Below are positions 58,082 to 64,000 of a stretch of 64,000 nucleotides of DNA, piece by piece (position 1 is the first letter of the stretch; every line of letters starts with the position of its first letter). The notes under the pieces were generated by a model, which was not told where the DNA came from, made no database searches, and worked only from the letters and a program-made list of their open reading frames with translations. This DNA is from Marsupella aquatica. Lineage: Eukaryota; Plantae; Marchantiophyta. The translations under genes were made by a program, and so were the position numbers. Where the stretch lies: the NCBI GenBank assembly GCA_973895155.1, contig OZ316898.1, positions 14,538,330 to 14,602,329 of the forward strand, given 5' to 3'.

Positions 58082-60249
58082 ATGGACCACCCTGCGGCTG
58101 CTGCTGCCGGAAGCGGGGAGTTCGTGGTGGGGTGCCGCCTCGCCATCAAGACTACTCTCGGGGACGATTTCGAAGGCCATGTGCTGACTTACGACAAATC
58201 CAGCAATGTCGTCGTTCTCCATATCCTCCTCGCACATTTCGTGCTCTCCCTCTGGATCTCCTTTTCTACCCTTCTACCTCTGTCTGTCTGTCTGTCTGTC
58301 TGTCTCAAGTCCTCTTTCCCTGGTATCGGTCTTGTGTATCGGGATTGGCGAACTTGGGCATTCAGCTGCGTTGGTGGCTCGAAAGATAGGGCCGTGTGAT
58401 GTTTCCGGGAAAATCTGCCAGCATTGGTCTTGATGCTGTTCACTTCTCCAGTCAGTAGTGCCTTTTCATTTTCTGTGATGGAATGCCGTAAGTTAGGTCG
58501 TTCAGCTGCATCATGCATTCTGAAGGTTGAGCCTGATGGTTGCTTGGGGCTGAACCGAGTAAAGGGTTCGGGCACGACCTTTTATGTTATGCATTCATTC
58601 ACTTGCCACGGAGAAATCTGTCCGGGATTACTGTGGTTCGTTAGCACTGTTGATTAGGTTTCATTCGTGTTCATGGATGGTAATGATTTGTGCTTGCTCC
58701 AGCTTACCGTGAGTCTAGCAATGTGGTTGTTCTTCATTCGGTATCAACGGGCCGTCCTTCTAGTTCCTTGTCTAACGCTCCTTGAGAGTTGAGCTAATTA
58801 GGTCTTTTCTATAGGCTCTGCACGAGGTGCACAACAAATTGACTCCGGACCAATCTGCCGTTTAGAAGTACTACACGTTTTGTTTGTCAGCGACTCACCT
58901 AGATGTTTTATATAGAAGTGCTCTATATAGAAGAGTGAAAACCTAATACATTTCTTAGCGGGCACAGAAGTCTAGCCTTGACTGATAGCTTACAGGAGAG
59001 CGGCAGTTCTGGACCTCGTCGTAACCTGCGGTTCTTGAAGGCCAATTATATAAAGAATTTAATACATCTTGGGCAAGTGGACGAGCCTCTCGATGTCAGG
59101 ACTCAGGACATCAGTAGTCTGCGGTCCCGAGAAGAAGCTGCGATAAGGTAAGATTGAATATGGTTTATTATGTTCAGACCTGTAGCGTACATGAACACAC
59201 CTTATCATACTCTGTATTTGATTGGATTATCAGAAGCGACCTGACAATATCGTATGTTGGTTAAAGATCTCACCGAACGTTTTGGTACTCCGTTTGGCAG
59301 ACAAGCTGAGGCAGAGGCAGAGCGAATTGGAGTAGGAGTATCAACGGAAGCGCAAGACATATTTGATGCCCTGTCTAAGACGTACTATTCTCATCCCTTG
59401 CCCTGCTCTGCATTGTTCTCTCACCTGTGTAGCTCTCCACGATGTTCTGTCGAAAATTTACTTTCAGGCCCGTGGCGGGAAGGTCGTATGTGCAGTTGCT
59501 GCCCAAAGAGAGTTCACCTTTACATGTGCATGTCCCTGGCGCTGAAGATTTCAATCGTCTGATCGTTTTATAAGCCATGGAGTATATGGTTTTCTTTCAT
59601 AAATATACAATCTTCTTTACCGTGGCTTCTTGAGGGTGTACGAGGCGGCTGAGTTTGTAAGACTGATGGTGCAGGCTTCCAGTGCGCTGGGAGAAGATGT
59701 CAATTGTTGTAATGAATGAAGTAAGGGTGAACCAGCCATACCTTCCAGACAACGTCGTTGGAGGTACCCCAGCTGCAAATGACCGGGTTAGGAAAGTGGT
59801 AAGTCTAGTAGTGGTTTCTGTATAAGACACTTTCCGGTCTCTTTACCACTGGTTTGTGAATGTTAAGCATCACTTCTATTATGTGGTTTCCTCTAGCTTT
59901 TTCCGCAAAGTCTACACTTCCATTACAATTTAAATAGATTTTCAATTATGTTGATACTCCGCTGGCTAAGATCTTTGCGAATGTTCAAGAAAGGGATGGC
60001 TAGACAGTTGACCATTTCTGCACAGTTTTGAGTCGTACATCAACGCACCTGAACTAGTTGTCTAGTATATGTTAAACGATTGTCCGTAGTTTGCAAATTC
60101 CGTTCTGTTTCCCTTTTTCCCAAATCTCGCCCATAGTGACAAGTTTACGAAAGTAGTTATCATTATTTTGGAGCCTCTAATATTGCTATTTAATTTACTT
60201 GCAGCTGGAGTTGGAGAGACAGAGGCTACAGGGACGAGGAGCAAGCTAA
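58082..60249 (+). CDS. LSM12: LSM12 homolog (LSm + AD domain), 180 aa; exons 58082-58220, 58994-59147, 59301-59381, 59675-59798, 60205-60249
   Basis: IKTTLGDDFEGHVLTYD, RRNLRFLKANYIKE, AERIGVGVSTEAQDIFDALSKTLPVRW, IVVMNEVRVNQPY and ANDRVRKVLELERQRL. The spliced length of 543 nt is in frame. Confidence 0.92.
58221..58993 (+). other. U12-type (minor spliceosome) AT-AC intron in LSM12
   Basis: 5' end ATATCCTC, branch site CCTTGAC at 58976-58982, 3' end TTAC. Splicing restores ...VVL-Q-ESG... Confidence 0.9.
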
Positions 60250-62556
60250 CCTCGATTACGAAAAAGCCTCAGTAAATTCGAATATGTTGTTTGTTAACAG
60301 AAAGAAAGAGAAGGCAGAGTCAGGCATAAGTCATGAGCACTTCAACAGTCACTATCTATGTGGCTTGACGGGTTGCAAGCTATGTTCTGGATATATGTTG
60401 TGTAGAGGTATTGTCCCATGCCTTTGTTCACTTCTTGAAAGTGTGCGAGTTGTCCTCTGGTTTGAGGGCAATCTTTGAAAATTCCTTGATTATTGTCAGG
60501 TTTGTGCCGAAGATTGTCTCGTCCTTTGCTTGGTTTCCTGGCAGTCTGTGATGCTCAGCGTGCAAGATACGAGTCTTCTCAATTGTATATCCTCACCCTC
60601 TTATGGGTTTTTTACAGAGAAATAAGCTGTCGTCAGTGATATGGTTGGGTGCTTTAGTCATGGAATGCTGTATGGATGATAGCTTTTTCATTTACACTTT
60701 CCACCCGGGGTTTGTGGGAAAGGAATAACGTCCGATTAATTAGCATGCACAATATCTGATTTTAGGTTGTCTCCCACTGCCTTAACAACGGTGTGACGAA
60801 CCCCCAAGCATGTTTCCGTGTTTTTTCTTTGAGCTGTCATTAGTGGCCTTCACGATAAGCTTATGGTATGTAGCAGTCCTTTTTGTGGACTCTTTGTGGA
60901 ACAGAGAATTAGACTAGAGATATATCTGGTGTCCCTCTAAACCCCCTTCCGACCCCGTGACCGCAAGTAGAGGGCAAGTATTGCCTTGTCAACATTGCTT
61001 CTGTCTCTTTGATGACCGACATCAGTCGTAGGCGGAGAGAAAGAATCCAAAATTTTACACCCACTGGACAACGGTCTTACACATTCCAGGAATTGACTCC
61101 ATCACCCTGTTACTTTGAGAGCAGTTTGGGTTCTCTTGATTACAGTGATTTTTCCGTTAGGACAAATTGTCTGCTCAGTGTCGAGTCCGTCCTATTGCCA
61201 TTCTTTACTTGATTACACGTCTCCGTACTTTCGTTGGGGAAACTTACTCGAGTGAACAAGTTAAGCACTCATTTATAACAGTTAGCTTTCCGCTAACAGC
61301 GGACGGAATTCTAAAGCTCATCCAATTTAAGTGGATTGAAAGTTGGACACGGTTTTTAAAGGGTCAAGAAGCAGAAAGGACCACACGCGAAATATTTTCC
61401 GAGGCATGAGGTGATTAAGTGCTTGCCAGCATAGAGATACGGCTGCGGTTCGGATTGAAATTGGCTAACATTTGTCGTCTAAATAGTCGTATTTTATTCA
61501 GTCACGAAATCGGTTTCTGGATGTTTAGGATTAAGTTTTCTGAAAGTTTCTACCGTGAGGCCTTTGATCCTAGATTCGAGGTCAGATCTACTACTGACTG
61601 AGTAGAAAAACGATAATCTAACGATAGGAGACTGAGTTTGAAAGTACATGGATGGATCTGAGAACCGTGGTAAGTTTTGGAACAGAGCTTCACTCAAACC
61701 ATGAGATCATTGGGTCAAAGTAGTTTCTGGTACACGCGTGAATAGTGAGGACACATAAAATCTAGTCTGCGTGTTGAGTAGAATGGGGTGAAGAATCGTT
61801 AACTATCGATCAGGAGAGCTGAATCAAAGTGTTTTGGTGACGAGTGGTTGTTGCAGATGTGTATGCCTGTGAATTCTTGCACTTGAATGTACTAGTTTGG
61901 GTTATGGTCCTTTCAATCACCTATCATTTCACACAACTAAGTTGTTAGTTGTTCAAAAGTTGTTCGTCGCTCTATGTTGGGGGAAGATGCTAGAACAGCT
62001 GATACTCGCATTCTGGCTGATAGTAATGGGAATCCATCCAGTCTAAATCAATTAATCATTCTATTCATGAATTCAACTTCCCTGGAATTTTATTGATGCG
62101 GAGGCAAACCTAAGAAATGGAGATTGTGGTGGTCTTCTGCAGAAAGCTGAAAACTTGTTAGAAAAACGAACTCCAACTTTTTTCAAATTTGTGAGACTTT
62201 CTTCATGATCTACACAACAGCTCAGGTTGCAATGTGTGCATAAGAATCTTCACGTCTAGAAGACTTGTCATTGTGGCAAACAAAAGAGAGGCAGATTATT
62301 GAGCGAAGGTATCACAAGGTGGCTTCCAAGATATCCAAGATGCAAGAAGAATGACTATTGGAAGGTTAAAGCTTTCTCAACTGAACCCAACAAGCCCTTC
62401 AATGTACCACCATCGGTCCAAGCCATTTAATTGTCGGTTCAAGACAGGAAACTTGGAATTAGATTAGGGCAAATGTTGAGAGTTCTCCTTCTCCCGCAGA
62501 AATGCCGTTGGTGTGGTGTAAAGTAATGAAGTGCTGAGCAAAGGACGACAAGAAAT

Positions 62557-63880
62557 ATGGAGAATCACCTCATGCTCACCTTGGAGGGCCTTGCTTCCTC
62601 CGGATGCACTGTGCCCAGTGAACAGCTATGCGCAATTGCAATCTCTCTCAAGTTTAAGAAAAAGGATGCAGGATTGAGAAGTTTATCTCTTTGGGGCCGA
62701 ATATACACTGAATTAGGGAAAGACTACTTGTTGGCTGAGGGAGTGAAAAGTATCAAGCTTGTGGATAGAAAGTTGGTGATTGATACACGATACTATTTCA
62801 GGTACTAGAGTCACAACAATCCACACATTCTTCCGGGTAGATGAACGATTGATCACATTCACTCGATTGAAGATGAATCATAACCAATTATTCAGTTTAG
62901 GGCTTCTGCAACTGAGAAAACGTAGAAGATTGATTTCATATAATCGATGCAGGGAGAAAAGTTTGTGTTCAAAGTTATGATAGGCCAACATTATGAGAGT
63001 CCCTAATGATTACTTTGAGGGATTTAAAATTATAGAAAAACGGGTAATGGTCAGAAAAATGTGTTATCAATACAAGAGGTAACAATATAGTAAGGCTCAA
63101 CTACATCTAGAGGCTCACAAGTGTTGCTTTCTCGAAAGACTCAGAACACAATTGTTCAGGAATCAATCATCATTTGATCAGGGAATAACCTTGGCCACCC
63201 TCAATAGTGGAATTAGTTTATTGTTAATACTTCCAACCCCATACAGTCAAAATGGAGCATTGTGGTTGGACCTTCAAGCACCTACTGAAGACCAATTCAT
63301 GAATTGCAAGAAGATTTCTGGACTGTTTAAAGGGGATCCAAGCCATTCATACTTTGTCCCGGATCCACCTCCACCACCTCCTCCACCTCCTGGTGAGAAC
63401 CTACCCAAAAAACGTTGTAAATAATATGGCTTCATGGTTAACACAAAACTGAATGATTTTCACCTTTGGACAGAACCTATTGTTTATGGTATCTAGATCA
63501 AATTGGCTCTATAGGAAATGAATGTTGAACAACCTTGAGGAAAGTGATCATGCGACAGTGTCTTTACCCTTGGCATGTTGACTGAGCCACATGCAATCTC
63601 AAAAAGAACCTGTTGTGTGTGGAATACAGATCCTTTTGCAGCAGTGCTTCCAAAGGCTGCCCCCGTGACAGACCAGGGTGGAGAGGGAGACAAGAAAGAA
63701 GGAGAAGAGCCGAAAGAGGGTGAGGAGTCTGATGCAGATGCCACCAGTGAGTCAGAGCCAGAAGAGCCAGAAGAAGTAGCAGTGGAAGATGATGAGGAAG
63801 GGCCTGATCCCGAGTTGAATCCTGAAGAAGAGGAAGGAGAGAAGGAGCCTGAGCCGCCGAAAGGCCAGGATATTGGCGAG
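62557..63880 (+). CDS. RSPH9: Radial spoke head protein 9 homolog, 5' part (exons 62557-62801, 63247-63392, 63642-63880); continues beyond the window
   Basis: LASSG....EQ, AGLRSLSLWGRI...GKDYLLAEG, T.Y.FSQNGA.W.DLQ and C.KI.G...GDP match the green-lineage RSP9 pattern. Introns are GT-AG. Confidence 0.88.
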
Positions 63881-64000
63881 GTGATTGAAATCATGCCCTT
63901 CTTCAAGACTTGTAGCCCTCAGCTGATGATAGAGTCAGTTTTATAATCCACAAACAACTAATTGACATTTCAGCTCATACTTTCAAATCTGATATTCATT

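Overview
Eukaryotic nuclear DNA from a land plant with flagellated sperm: an intron-containing RSPH9 gene points to a bryophyte, lycophyte, fern, cycad or Ginkgo, and the species cannot be fixed from sequence alone. Bases 1-47.4 kb are a nested transposon block. It contains a probable CACTA end, L1 remnants, two inverted copies of a small GAGT...ACTC element, and a CRE-like (RLE-type) non-LTR retroelement split by a young 13.7-kb Athila-like Ty3/gypsy element (9292-23035, minus strand, 1674-bp LTRs, TSD ACAAC). It also holds a solo LTR and a PIF/Harbinger-type element (25622-47437, TSD AAT). The Myb-like gene of that element is interrupted by a 17-kb CACTA element (27740-44721, 31-bp perfect TIRs), which itself contains a truncated second CACTA. 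The standout observation is that this CACTA carries two intact, intronless cargo ORFs upstream of its transposase: a stand-alone EDM2/NSD-like multi-PHD histone-reader protein and a tandem Pol-lambda-like BRCT protein. It also has a 4-bp rather than 3-bp TSD. Bases 49-64 kb hold three host genes on the + strand: a cyanobacterial-type lipid-A-disaccharide-synthase-related glycosyltransferase, LSM12 (with an AT-AC U12 intron) and the 5' part of RSPH9. All family assignments come from motif recognition by eye, not from database searches.
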